From positions 122,236 to 186,235 of the forward strand of contig CAVXZB010000088.1 of NCBI GenBank assembly GCA_963765895.1: a stretch of DNA of 64,000 bases. Reading direction: 5' to 3'. Made by a program: the position numbers and the translations under genes. Position 1 is the stretch's first letter; the number at the start of each line of letters is the position of its first letter. The DNA is from an uncultured Nitrososphaeraceae archaeon (GTDB lineage Archaea; Thermoproteota; Nitrososphaeria; Nitrososphaerales; Nitrososphaeraceae). Positions 10,344-20,602 of the stretch are shown one piece after another. Below the pieces are notes generated by a model. That model had not been told where the DNA came from. It saw nothing but the letters and a program-made list of their open reading frames with translations, and did no database searches.

Positions 10344-11240
10344 ATGGGTACTTTAATCCCTCAGTCATCTGTACACAATTTATTAAAAAATTATTATGAA
10401 CTAACTAAACCCAAGATTTGGTATCTATTAGTTTTTACTGCGTTCGGTTCAGCGCTTACGGCGTCCTTCTTATTTGATATCCCTGTTCAACCGCTAACTT
10501 GGATACTGCTCATCGCAGGTGTAGCTGCAGGTTCGGCTGCAGCTGATACCATAACAGGCTATAATGATCGTGACATAGACGCAATTATGGAAAGGACTAA
10601 ACAAAGACCGATTCCCTCAGGTAGAATTTCGCCCAGAAATGCACTCGTATTCGGACTGATTTTGACCGCAATTTCTTTGATATGTTCGTGGCTAATCAAT
10701 GTCTGGGTATTTGCTTTGATGATATTTGGATTATTTGATAATATCATAGTTTATAGCAAATGGCTGAAACGTACTAGCCAATCTAATATCATACTAGGTG
10801 GATTTTCTGGGGGTGCGCCAGCTATGATCGGTTACTTGGCAGTAACAACACAAAACCTTGAAGTTGGTCTGGTCATGGCTGGTCTTGTCTTTTTATGGAT
10901 CCCTACACACATTTGGAGTCTGGCTTTGCATGTTAAAAAAGACTACTTGAAAGCACAAGTTCCAATGCTACCGGTTGTCTCCTCCGAAAGATCTTCAGTC
11001 AGGATAATTGCTGGAACAACTCTCCTAATGGTTTTGTTTAGTATTATTCCGTTTTTCTTTGATCAATTTGGCCTGATTTATCTAGTTACTGCTTCTATAT
11101 TTGGGGCAATTATGATTTTCCTTTCGGTGCGGCTCTTGGTAAAACCCAGTGAAGAAGCATCCTGGCTGGTATTCAAATTTTCAAGTCCATATTTGATGGC
11201 ACTGTTCATAGCATTTATTGTTGATGCGTACTTTCACTAG
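10344..11240 (+). CDS. ctaB: Protoheme IX farnesyltransferase (heme O synthase)
   Basis: YYELTKPKI, DRDIDAIMERTKQRPIPSG, YSKWLKR, W.P.H.W.LA and DY..A.VPMLP motifs. Confidence 0.95.
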   Translation: MGTLIPQSSVHNLLKNYYELTKPKIWYLLVFTAFGSALTASFLFDIPVQPLTWILLIAGVAAGSAAADTITGYNDRDIDAIMERTKQRPIPSGRISPRNALVFGLILTAISLICSWLINVWVFALMIFGLFDNIIVYSKWLKRTSQSNIILGGFSGGAPAMIGYLAVTTQNLEVGLVMAGLVFLWIPTHIWSLALHVKKDYLKAQVPMLPVVSSERSSVRIIAGTTLLMVLFSIIPFFFDQFGLIYLVTASIFGAIMIFLSVRLLVKPSEEASWLVFKFSSPYLMALFIAFIVDAYFH

Positions 11241-11292
11241 TTGATATGAGCAAAAATCCATCGCTAATCTAGATAAATTATTGCAAACATGG

Positions 11293-12000
11293 TTACTGTA
11301 ATGAAAGTACTTTTTCACATTCGTAGAGTATTCTTGCAATAACCACGTGAGCTTCTAGACTGTAATTTCCTATTGAGTAAAAATAATCACAGAGCCTTTT
11401 CGTATTTTCGGTGAAATGGCCACTTGGAAAACCGCCTATTATGAAGACACACCGACAATTATCTTTGCTTATGTGTGTGGAAATAATATTTTCTGGAGGA
11501 CTTTGAACCCCAGTTCTAGAAAACCCTATCACCTTTAATGGCTTTATAGTGTCATTTATCAAGGAGTTTAGGGAAACATTATTTTGCAACTTCAGAAGAG
11601 TAGCATTTTTTCCTTCTTTTATATGATATTTTTTGAACAGATCGATCATTAAGCCCTGAAAACGAGGGTAAGATTTTGGTATCCTCAGGTTTTCACCAAT
11701 ATAGACTACTTGATTATTTATTGTTGATACATATACCTGTAGTAGGTTATTAAAGAATAGCGGAGTAGACAATGCTTCAATTAAGGCAAAATGTACTAGA
11801 TCAGGTCTACCACGTTTCCAGGCATATTCGAGTTTGGAACTCAGCATTGCCGCATGATGATAACTTCTGTCTAGTAATATTTCCGAGGGTCTCTTTCCCA
11901 ACTTCCTTGCGTGATTTGTAACCGACGGATGATCTATTATGTTAACTGGAATTTTTTCAAGCGCAGCTTCCGCAATCACTAGCGATATAGCTTTGGTCAT
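11293..12000 (-). CDS. nep1: 16S rRNA pseudouridine N1-methyltransferase Nep1/Emg1
   Basis: AEAALE, LLDRSYH, RGRPDLVH, RIPKSY.RF.GLM and IGGFP.GHF motifs. Confidence 0.93.
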   Translation of the reverse strand: MTKAISLVIAEAALEKIPVNIIDHPSVTNHARKLGKRPSEILLDRSYHHAAMLSSKLEYAWKRGRPDLVHFALIEALSTPLFFNNLLQVYVSTINNQVVYIGENLRIPKSYPRFQGLMIDLFKKYHIKEGKNATLLKLQNNVSLNSLINDTIKPLKVIGFSRTGVQSPPENIISTHISKDNCRCVFIIGGFPSGHFTENTKRLCDYFYSIGNYSLEAHVVIARILYECEKVLSLQ

Positions 12001-12101
12001 TTATTTCAATTATAACAACATGTGCTTCATAATCTTTCGTGTAAGACCTAAGGCTTCGTGTATATCATAATCGTGAATCAGACGCCTGTAGTCAGTCTAT
12101 T

Positions 12102-12488
12102 TTAATGTGTCTTTTTTCCATGTATTAGCTTCTTTAATTCCTCAATAGACGAAGTCAACTCTTGACGTGCATCTTTCTCATTTTCAATACTAATTAATAT
12201 TTCTCCCGGTCCAAATTTGGTTTTATTTATATTGATTGGTACTTCTAGGTGTAAAAGTTCAGATAAGAATTCAAAAAGGTTGGGACAAGCAATATTGTTA
12301 ATGTAAAAATAAGAAGTTGTTCCTTCGCTAACAATTCCTTCTTGCTCTATTGGAAACGTAAAAGAGGGTGAACTAAGAGCTTCAATAATTGAATTAGACA
12401 TTTTTACCAAAGCAGAGTTCATTCTATCGTGATGCTTTAAGTCAAAATACCTTTTTGCAGTATCTTCTAGTTCAGCGATTTTTTCCAT
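12102..12488 (-). CDS. Hypothetical protein
   Basis: 128-aa ORF with protein-like composition and an AT-rich upstream region; no motif recognised. Confidence 0.7.
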   Translation of the reverse strand: MEKIAELEDTAKRYFDLKHHDRMNSALVKMSNSIIEALSSPSFTFPIEQEGIVSEGTTSYFYINNIACPNLFEFLSELLHLEVPININKTKFGPGEILISIENEKDARQELTSSIEELKKLIHGKKTH

Positions 12489-13428
12489 CTGTTGGTAACC
12501 ACTTCACCCTGACTAATATAAACAGTTTTAATTAATTCTTCGGTGTCTTAAGATACCGCCAAGAGGATGAAATTTAGTGTTTAATGCATGACAGATTGTT
12601 ATCTAGGTGATTCTTGCAAGATTTACCTCGATACTTCGATATTGAAGTAGTTTGATCCAATCAATTAGGGAATCGCGTTATATCGTGCTTAATATTGATT
12701 GCTAAATCTACTGCTCCTCAGCTCAAACGAATCCAGTTCACAGCATCCAAGTGAGACTTGTAGGTTTGATTTAATTCTATCCATCCATCTTCCCTTGTCA
12801 TGTTAGGTTGAGGCAGTATTACGTACATTTCTGTAGGAGCGAAAAGAATTGCATCATAGATGAGGTGAGCTCTTCAGGTTGATGATATGAGTGACGAACA
12901 TCTTAAAACTCTTTTTTTAGTGCGATCGATCTTGTTTACAATATCTCTTAACAATCTCTATGTTAGAATTGGCCTGTATGTCGTTATTTTTTTGAATAGT
13001 AGCTTTGAAATGTGTACTAAAATTTACTGTCTACATGATAATTCATGAATCATTATTCACAGCTATAATGTTTTAGCTCATAATGAGCTAGTTATAATGA
13101 TAAATTTCATAGAAATACAAATAGATAATGGTGGATACCCAAAGTGTATTCCAAGTGAACAAGTGTAAGTCGAGGCGAAGTCACATATATCATAGATAGT
13201 TCAAAATTAAAGAATTCGCAGATACCGATGCCACAACAATATGTATCAATCAATCCGCAGAATGACTTCCGGCATTTGGCCTTCTCAAATGCTCTAGCAA
13301 GACTGTATACCGAATTACTGATTTCAAATCTATTCTCCGTACAGACTCTTAACCATTCGACTTGCATTCAAGACTGTTAACTAGCGGCAAAGGTTTTATT
13401 TCCTATTTCTATTACTCAGCCTATTCAT

Positions 13429-13740
13429 GTGAAGAAAAAACTCGCAAGAGAAATTGGGAGAGAAAGGATAGATATTGTGGTAGCTAATGCTTTAGACTAT
13501 TCTAGAATCAATGAAGATCTCGCAAACGCTCAAGCCCAACTAGCAAAAAAAATTGCAATGCGAGTTCGGTTAAAACTTGATTATGAAATTCGACAGTTGT
13601 ATTGTAAAAAATGCAAATATTTTATCATTCCTGGCAGAAACAGTAGAATCAGGGTTGGCAGATATAGGGTGAAAGGGATAAGAATTACTTGTTTAAGGTG
13701 TGGTCATGTATACAGAAAGATCATTAAACGTAGATTTTAA
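13429..13740 (+). CDS. rnp4: RNase P protein component 4 (Rpp21)
   Basis: RERI...YCKKC..FIIPG...R.R....ITCLRCG; upstream of rps19e as usual in archaea. Confidence 0.92.
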   Translation: MKKKLAREIGRERIDIVVANALDYSRINEDLANAQAQLAKKIAMRVRLKLDYEIRQLYCKKCKYFIIPGRNSRIRVGRYRVKGIRITCLRCGHVYRKIIKRRF

Positions 13741-13761
13741 GTACATTTCTATTTGATAAAA

Positions 13762-13775
13762 AAAGAGTTTATAAG
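13762..13775 (+). promoter_or_regulatory. Putative BRE/TATA box of rps19e
   Basis: Purine-rich AAAGAG followed by TTTATAAG, about 31-38 nt upstream of the ATG at 13806. Confidence 0.55.
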
Positions 13776-13805
13776 GGAAACGTAGAGTGATTAATCAGTA
13801 TCATT

Positions 13806-14258
13806 ATGGCTAAGGCTTACGATATACCAGCAAACCATCTAATTATACGGCTGGCCGACCAGTTAAAAAAAGATAAGAAAATTGAGCAACCCGGCTGGGC
13901 CGCGTTTGTAAAGACAGGATCACATGTAGAGAAGATTCCTCAGAATAAAGATTGGTGGTATATCAGATGTGCGTCTCTAGTCAGGAAGGTCTACATGCGT
14001 GGACCTGTAGGAGTTTCGGACCTAAAGAGCATGTACGGTGGTCGGAAACGCATAGGATATTATTTAGATCATCATAGGGACGCGGGTGGTGCAATTATTC
14101 GTAGGGCATTACAACAGCTGGAAATGTCTGGTTATATAGCTAAAAAAAATAATGGCAGAATCATCTCCAATGAAGGCATGAAAAAAGTTGACCGATTGGC
14201 AACAGAGATCTACAAGGATATCGCGGGTAGTCGTCCGGGATTGCAAAGATACGCCTGA
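13806..14258 (+). CDS. rps19e: 30S ribosomal protein S19e
   Basis: P.WAAFVKTG, DWWYIRCAS, YGGRK and IIRRALQQLE motifs. Confidence 0.97.
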   Translation: MAKAYDIPANHLIIRLADQLKKDKKIEQPGWAAFVKTGSHVEKIPQNKDWWYIRCASLVRKVYMRGPVGVSDLKSMYGGRKRIGYYLDHHRDAGGAIIRRALQQLEMSGYIAKKNNGRIISNEGMKKVDRLATEIYKDIAGSRPGLQRYA

Positions 14259-14285
14259 TAGAATCTGATAGGAAGGTGTCATCCT

Positions 14286-14574
14286 GTGTCTGTACCTCAA
14301 TCTCAGCCAAGTGATGAAGACTCGAAGAAGCGTGAGGCCGAAGCAGGCAGCTATGCGACAGCGCGTCTTGACGGTTCTTTTGGATCCCAATGCAAGACAG
14401 CGGTTAGCGAATATAAGAATAGTTAAACCGGAACTCGCTATGGCAGTTGAGAATTATTTAATTAATGCAGCTTCATCTGGAAGGCTAAATAGACCACTAA
14501 ATGATAGCGAGCTGAAGCAAGTTTTGCTCAGTCTGCAACAACCTAAAAAAGAATTCAGAATAGATAGACGATAG
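14286..14574 (+). CDS. PDCD5-like DNA-binding protein, with one extra G near 14346
   Basis: GTG start after GGAAGGTG gives MSVPQSQPSDEDSKKREAEA, then the shifted frame AAMRQRVLTVLLDPNARQRLANIRIVKPE. Conserved position after rps19e. Confidence 0.88.
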
Positions 14575-14680
14575 CAAGACTAATAGTGCCGTTATTTTCT
14601 GTCTCTGAAAGCACATTAAACTAAACGATCGTCGTTTGGGCGAGTTAACTATATTAAGTATAAGTTGCGCTTCAAAGTTC

Positions 14681-15730
14681 ATGAAGGCAGCCGTATTCAG
14701 GGAATATAATAAGGATCCGACAAACGTTGTTAAGATAGAAGCTATAGATATGCCGAAATTGAAGCCTAACGAAATCATGATTAAGGTAGAGGCAGCATCA
14801 TATAATTACAACGATTTATGGGCAATTTGGGGCGATCCCATCAAGACTCCACTCCCGCACATCTCTGGAAGTGATGTAGCAGGCACGGCAGTTGAAGTTG
14901 GTGAAGATGTGTTGCACATACGGGTTGGAGATAGAATAGTATCCCATTCGAACATGAGTTGCCGGGTATGCGAGATGTGTACATCTGGCAGAGAATATGA
15001 TTGTGCAGATAGAACAATTTGGGGTTTTCAAACAGGTCCGCTTTGGGGGGGCTTCGCTCAATATACACATTTGCCAGAAGTAAACGTAGCAAAAATCCCT
15101 GATAACGTTTCCTTTGAATCTGCTGCGGCGATTTCAATGGTAGGGATGACTTCATGGCACATGTTGGTTGGAAGAGCAAAAATAAGACCAGGCCAGGTGG
15201 TTTTGATAATGGGAGGGACTAGTGGCGTAGGCATGGCAGGAATCCAGATTGCAAAGCTATTTAATTGCCGTGTAATAGCCACGGCAGGTAATAAAGAAAA
15301 GATGGATAAATGCCTAGAAATTGGTGCAGATCATGTGGTAAATCATAGGGAGCAGGATTGGTATAAAAAGGTTAGAGAGATTACAAAAAAACAAGGGGTA
15401 GACGTAGTCTTCGAACATATTGGCAAAACGACGTTCCCATATGAAGTAGGACTTCTTAAGATTGGAGGGACACTTGTAGCAACGGGTGCAACCACAGGTT
15501 ATGATTCAACAATTGATTTACGATACCTTTTCTTCAAAGGCACGAATCTATTAGGATCGACCCAGGGAACAAAAGCTGAATTAGAGCAAGTCATATATTG
15601 GACTAGTGAAGAAAGAATAAAGCCAGTGATAGGCACAGTTTTGCCATTTGAGGATATGGTTAAAGGGCATGAAATGATGGCCAAGGCCGAACAAATAGGA
15701 AAGATAGTTACTACCCCACAAAAGCTATAA
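14681..15730 (+). CDS. Zn-dependent medium-chain dehydrogenase/reductase (ADH/quinone-oxidoreductase-like)
   Basis: Start MKAAVF; structural Zn motif CRVCEMC.SGREYDC; NYND and GSDVAG in place of the ADH catalytic C/GHE ligands; GGTSGVG nucleotide loop. Confidence 0.9.
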   Translation: MKAAVFREYNKDPTNVVKIEAIDMPKLKPNEIMIKVEAASYNYNDLWAIWGDPIKTPLPHISGSDVAGTAVEVGEDVLHIRVGDRIVSHSNMSCRVCEMCTSGREYDCADRTIWGFQTGPLWGGFAQYTHLPEVNVAKIPDNVSFESAAAISMVGMTSWHMLVGRAKIRPGQVVLIMGGTSGVGMAGIQIAKLFNCRVIATAGNKEKMDKCLEIGADHVVNHREQDWYKKVREITKKQGVDVVFEHIGKTTFPYEVGLLKIGGTLVATGATTGYDSTIDLRYLFFKGTNLLGSTQGTKAELEQVIYWTSEERIKPVIGTVLPFEDMVKGHEMMAKAEQIGKIVTTPQKL

Positions 15731-15746
15731 TTCCAGACGTGTTCCA

Positions 15747-16662
15747 ATGAATCGAACACTTATTTTTGTTCCTGGTAACAGTGCACGATTTATTAGTAGC
15801 GCCAAAAAATCAAATGCAGATATTGTATGTTTTGACTTAGAGGATTCAGTTACCTTGTCATGAGAAATCTTCTGCAAGAGAAATGATAGGAGAGGCTATC
15901 AGCCATACAGATGATTTCAAAAATACATTCAGTTTGTACGTAAGGACGAACTCATATGATTCTGGACTCCTATTCACAGACCTTACGGCAGTAATACAGA
16001 AAGGAATTACTGGTGTCGTCATACCAAAGGTCAACGATAATACAGAAATCAGCGAAATATCATCGTTTATTTCTAGACTTGAAATAGAGAGAAAAATCGG
16101 GCATGACGTTATAAAAGTGGTGCCATCTATAGAAACAGCCAAAGGAGTTGTAAATGCATATTCGATAGCAAAGTCAGATATTCGAGTGAATCTATTGGTT
16201 TTTGGCGTTTTCGATTTTCTTAATGATATGCATCTTGAGTATGTTGAAAATGGTGGAATCGAATATTCATATGCAAGGGCCAAAATTCCGGTGGATGCAA
16301 GGGCAGCTGGAGTTGCTGCGATTGATGCTATTTGGCAGAAGGTAGATGATATGAATGGTCTAATAAATGATACCATACTTGCGAAGAGATTGGGCTATGT
16401 AGGAAAGTGCATCATTCATCCTACTCAGATTGAACCAGTTCACAAGATATTTATTCCCAGTAAGAATGAAGTGGAATGGGCCAAGAAAATAATAGAGTCC
16501 CTAGGACCATCCATGGAAAAGGGGAGTAAAACCGGTGCAGTCAGGATTGATGGTAGAATGATAGATGCAGTACATTACAAACACGCAAAGACGATATTAA
16601 ATAACATTAATGAGGACTCGCAGACCGTACTCAGAACTTTAATTTTTCTCTATTATCCATAG
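15747..16662 (+). CDS. CitE/malyl-CoA lyase-like (HpcH/HpaI) CoA-ester lyase, frameshifted near 15850
   Basis: N-terminus MNRTLIFVPGN...FDLEDSV joins ORF 15883-16662 (VRTN, IPKV, IETAKG, G..GKCIIHPTQI, GRMIDA). Confidence 0.9.
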
Positions 16663-16730
16663 TTGAAACTCATTAAATATAAAGTGATATCTATTCATTG
16701 CATACAATGCACGAGATGAGGAGATGAGAT

Positions 16731-17339
16731 ATGTTTACTGGCATAATAGAAGGCACAGCTCGTATCAAGTCAATCACAAAGCTCGAAAATGGAAAGAGAG
16801 CGGCTGGGATGAAAATGACAGTCGATTTAGGCAGATTAGGAAATGGGATAAAAGTTGGCAATAGTATAAGCATTAATGGCACATGCTTGACCGTCACAAA
16901 AATTAACGATAAACATTATGCTGATTTTGAAATCGTAGGTGAAACTATAAGACGAACTGCCCTTGGGTCGTTAGGAGTAGATGAAAAGGTAAACATAGAG
17001 CGGTGTCTACGGTTCGGGGATAGGATAGAAGGTCATTTGGTCTTGGGTCATATTGACGGAACTGGTAGAATTGAGAAGGTTATTAACCTTTCAGATGAGA
17101 AAAAAATATGGATAAGATTAATGAATAGAAAGTTATTGCGTTACGTAGTCCCTAAAGGATCTGTAGCTATAGATGGGATAAGTTTGACGGTTGTTGATGT
17201 AAAGCACAATCGTTTCTCGGTGGCTGTAATTCCCCATACTGCGATTGTTACCACTCTTGGGAAGAAATCCAAAGGCGACGCAGTTAACATCGAAATAGAT
17301 GTTGTTAGCAGGTATGTCAATATTCTTCAACCAAAGTAG
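16731..17339 (+). CDS. ribE: Riboflavin synthase, bacterial/eukaryotic homotrimeric type
   Basis: MFTGIIE start, SISINGTCLTV, VNIER, GHLVLGHID, GSVAIDGISLTV and VNIEID. Confidence 0.95.
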   Translation: MFTGIIEGTARIKSITKLENGKRAAGMKMTVDLGRLGNGIKVGNSISINGTCLTVTKINDKHYADFEIVGETIRRTALGSLGVDEKVNIERCLRFGDRIEGHLVLGHIDGTGRIEKVINLSDEKKIWIRLMNRKLLRYVVPKGSVAIDGISLTVVDVKHNRFSVAVIPHTAIVTTLGKKSKGDAVNIEIDVVSRYVNILQPK

Positions 17340-17393
17340 TGGTAACAACTCCTTTTTTAGTAAACTATATAAAATCGTGAACATTTCATTGAA

Positions 17394-18092
17394 GTGTTGC
17401 ATTCAATAGAAGAAGCGATCGCAGCGTTAAGATGTGGTCAATTCATTCTCGTTCATGACGATAAAGGACGGGAGAACGAAGTTGATATGGTAATTCCTGC
17501 TGAATATGTTAAACCAGAACATATCTCAACTATGAGAATGGCTGCGGGCGGATTAATATGTCTAGCTGTATCAAATAGATACGCGATCAAATTAGGGCTT
17601 ACATACATGTATAGTATTATGGAGTTGATGGCAAAAATCAATCCTTTATATTCTAAATTGGCATCTGGCATATCTCCTTATGGAGACAGGCCATCGTTTT
17701 CGATTGCCGTCAACCACCGGGACACATTTACAGGCATTACTGATACCGATAGAGCACTTACCATTTCGAAAATGGCTGCGGTTTGTAACAATATTGATAC
17801 CACAGGAGTAGAAGAATTTGCCACATGTTTTCGTTCACCTGGTCATGTGCCAATATTGATTGCCTCAAGCGGGTTATTACGTGAAAGGATTGGACACACA
17901 GAATTGTGCATATACCTTGCCCAATTGGCCGGTCTGGTTCATGCTGTGACAATCTGTGAAATGCTAGATTCAGAAACATATAGATCATTATCCGTTACTA
18001 AAGCAGAGAAGTATGCTGAAGATAACAATCTATGTATTCTCGATGCAGAGCTATTAAAGAGATACAATGAGGTTTCAAAAGTTGAAAGCTAA
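17394..18092 (+). CDS. ribB: 3,4-dihydroxy-2-butanone-4-phosphate synthase (archaeal type)
   Basis: DDKGRENEVD, GLICL, TGITDTDRALT, FRSPGHV, R.GHTE and CEMLD motifs. Confidence 0.95.
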   Translation: MLHSIEEAIAALRCGQFILVHDDKGRENEVDMVIPAEYVKPEHISTMRMAAGGLICLAVSNRYAIKLGLTYMYSIMELMAKINPLYSKLASGISPYGDRPSFSIAVNHRDTFTGITDTDRALTISKMAAVCNNIDTTGVEEFATCFRSPGHVPILIASSGLLRERIGHTELCIYLAQLAGLVHAVTICEMLDSETYRSLSVTKAEKYAEDNNLCILDAELLKRYNEVSKVES

Positions 18093-18549
18093 GTTGGGCC
18101 TCGTTGTTTCTGAATTTAATAACGAAATCACATACAAAATGTTGGCTAGAGCAAAGCAATACATCAAGAGAGCAGATGCCTCAATACGATACGTTTGTTA
18201 CGTCCCGGGATCATTCGATATGCCACTTATGATTGGAGAATTACTGAAAAAAAAAGATGTTGATGCCGTGGTAACTCTGGGAGCAGTAATCAAAGGAGAA
18301 ACAGGTCATGATGAGATTATAGCAGGCAATGTTGCTAGACTAATTGCTGATTTATCCTTGCGATCTGGTAAGCCAGTTTCTCTGGGGGTTACAGGGCCGA
18401 GTATGACAATCGAACAGGCTATGGAAAGAATAGAAATTATTCCAATGCGTGCAGTCGATGCTGCTATAAAAATGGTATTTAGAATGAGAAAGATTAGGAA
18501 TGAGAAACTGAAGTCACATACTATGAATTCAGTGAGTATAATAAAATGA
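18067..18549 (+). CDS. ribH: 6,7-dimethyl-8-ribityllumazine synthase
   Basis: VVSEFN..IT, VPGSFDMP, LGAVIKGETGHD and KPVSLGV motifs. Confidence 0.95.
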   Translation: MRFQKLKAKLGLVVSEFNNEITYKMLARAKQYIKRADASIRYVCYVPGSFDMPLMIGELLKKKDVDAVVTLGAVIKGETGHDEIIAGNVARLIADLSLRSGKPVSLGVTGPSMTIEQAMERIEIIPMRAVDAAIKMVFRMRKIRNEKLKSHTMNSVSIIK

Positions 18550-19322
18550 CTGTCCAACTCAGTATCATCCGTATTGATGGATACGGTCTATGGACATCCA
18601 CACTGGGCACAGATAGAGAGTCTCAGCTACAGATGCTTCAAGCAAGGATATATTATGATATTCAACGACTATTTTCACAAAGGGATTGCATCGCATATAG
18701 TAATCGGTTCGACGAATATTTTGCCGTTACTACTTGTCTTTCAGTTCATGGTCATATACCCATCGATCTAGAACTTGCAAAGTCATATCCCAACCTGAAT
18801 ATGTCAATGGCGATTGGAAGTGGTGATACACCCTATAAAGCAAACTTGGATGCCTATGAAGTTAGAAGAAGTGGGATAATACAAGTCGATGGACATAAGA
18901 TATTTGCCAGAAATTTAAATGATGTACTGGACGCGAATTCAAAAGATAATCATGTGAAGATAATGCACATAGATATAGATGGATCATCTACGATTAGTAA
19001 TCAGCTATCGCCTTATGAAGTTACCTCACTTGTCATAAAGATATATTCAAGGTTATCTGACGAATTTCTTAAAATTGAATCGTTAACATTTTTTCTTGGA
19101 GGAGACAATTTCATGGTAATAACTAATGATGCAACTGATAATGAAATACAGCGAATTATTAATGATATCAGCACGGATCTTGGAGTTAAACTAAACTGCG
19201 GCATAGGGATAGGCAGGACAGGCAAAGGAGCGGCTGAAGCTTCGACGAGAGCATTGGACACCATTAGACACATGCGAAAAAGTGGAAAGGTTCAGCCAAT
19301 CTATGAAATACAATGTCTCTAG
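18546..19322 (+). CDS. gch3: GTP cyclohydrolase III (ArfA)
   Basis: I.IDGYG.WT..LG.DRE..LQ.LQ, RFD, HIDID, FLGGDNFM and GIGIG motifs. Confidence 0.9.
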   Translation: MTVQLSIIRIDGYGLWTSTLGTDRESQLQMLQARIYYDIQRLFSQRDCIAYSNRFDEYFAVTTCLSVHGHIPIDLELAKSYPNLNMSMAIGSGDTPYKANLDAYEVRRSGIIQVDGHKIFARNLNDVLDANSKDNHVKIMHIDIDGSSTISNQLSPYEVTSLVIKIYSRLSDEFLKIESLTFFLGGDNFMVITNDATDNEIQRIINDISTDLGVKLNCGIGIGRTGKGAAEASTRALDTIRHMRKSGKVQPIYEIQCL

Positions 19323-20599
19323 TCATAAAAAATGCGAGCTTATTACTTGGAAAAAACCTAGATCATATAGACATTGGGTTTATCGAAGTAGGCAAGAATG
19401 GAATAATTAAGAAGGCTAGCGCTGCAAAATATGAGAGTAATGATAATTATAAATTTTTAAACATTCTAGATGCTGAGGGTTATTTGATAGTACCTGGATT
19501 TATTAATGCCCATACTCACATAGGGGATTCTATCGGAAAGGACATGGCAACTGATCGTGGTCTAGAAGCGGTTCATCCTATGAGAGGAATAAAAAAGAAA
19601 ATACTTGAAAAAAGCAATTCACAACATTTGAGTACTTTGATGAGGGCATCGGCGATATCCATGATGAAGAATGGGATAACAACATTCGTAGATTTCAGGG
19701 AAGGTGGTACAGAAGGTGTAGCAATTCTTAGAAATGCAATTTTCGATCTCCCGATAAAGTGTTTAATACTTGGAAGAGTAGAATATTATTTTGATATAGA
19801 TCGGGATGGACAGCATGAAGACAAGAATGTGCAGCCAATAAAAAAAAGCAAACTCCCAGTTAAAGTGTTAGAGCTAGCAACTAATCTTTTGAATATTAGC
19901 CATGGATTCGGGATAAGTGGCGCAAATGAAAATACCGATTTATCATTAAGACAATACAACGAATTAATAAACAAACTCTCGAAATCAGATGGCCCTAAAA
20001 ATAGGACCAAAAATATTCAATTAGGAATTCATGCTGCAGAATCTAAAAGCACAGTAGAATTCTCTTTACGTAGAACTGGTAAGACTGAAGTTTATAGGAT
20101 AGTTAAACATCTGAAACCTAATTTTGTGGTTCATATGACTCAAGCAACCGATAAAGATATCTCGTTGATAGCCAAGAATGAAATAGGAATTGTAGTCTGT
20201 CCCCGTGCCAATGGAGTCCTAGGTTGCGGGATCCCACGGATTACACATATGTTAAAAAGTGGATGTAAAGTCGCAATCGGTACTGACAACATAATGATAA
20301 ATAGTCCTGATATGTTTCGAGAAATGGACTACATTTGGAAGACCTCCAGGTCAAGCGGAATAAATTTAGATGCAAAGAATGTGCTGAAAATGGCTACCAT
20401 CAATGCTTCTGATATACTCCACCTCAATTCAGGGTGCATCGAAGTCGGCAGATCTGCTGATTTCATATTTCTTGATAAGACTAGCATAGAATTGTATCCA
20501 GTACATGATCCATATGCCTCAATAGTCCACAGAGCAAACCAAAATTCGATCAAAGGTGTCATGATCTCTGGCAGATTCGTTGACGGATCGGATCTATAA
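19313..20599 (+). CDS. Metal-dependent amidohydrolase (deaminase-like) inside the riboflavin operon
   Basis: PGFINAHTHIGD, G.T.F.DFREGG, HAAE, VHMT, CPRAN and GTDN motifs. It overlaps gch3 by 10 nt and ends 3 nt before arfC. Confidence 0.9.
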   Translation: MSLVIKNASLLLGKNLDHIDIGFIEVGKNGIIKKASAAKYESNDNYKFLNILDAEGYLIVPGFINAHTHIGDSIGKDMATDRGLEAVHPMRGIKKKILEKSNSQHLSTLMRASAISMMKNGITTFVDFREGGTEGVAILRNAIFDLPIKCLILGRVEYYFDIDRDGQHEDKNVQPIKKSKLPVKVLELATNLLNISHGFGISGANENTDLSLRQYNELINKLSKSDGPKNRTKNIQLGIHAAESKSTVEFSLRRTGKTEVYRIVKHLKPNFVVHMTQATDKDISLIAKNEIGIVVCPRANGVLGCGIPRITHMLKSGCKVAIGTDNIMINSPDMFREMDYIWKTSRSSGINLDAKNVLKMATINASDILHLNSGCIEVGRSADFIFLDKTSIELYPVHDPYASIVHRANQNSIKGVMISGRFVDGSDL

Positions 20600-20602
20600 A
20601 GC

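Noticed and set aside
12540-13400. ORF 13107-13367 and the adjacent spacer
   Set aside because: No recognisable motif in the frames I read; possibly decayed sequence.
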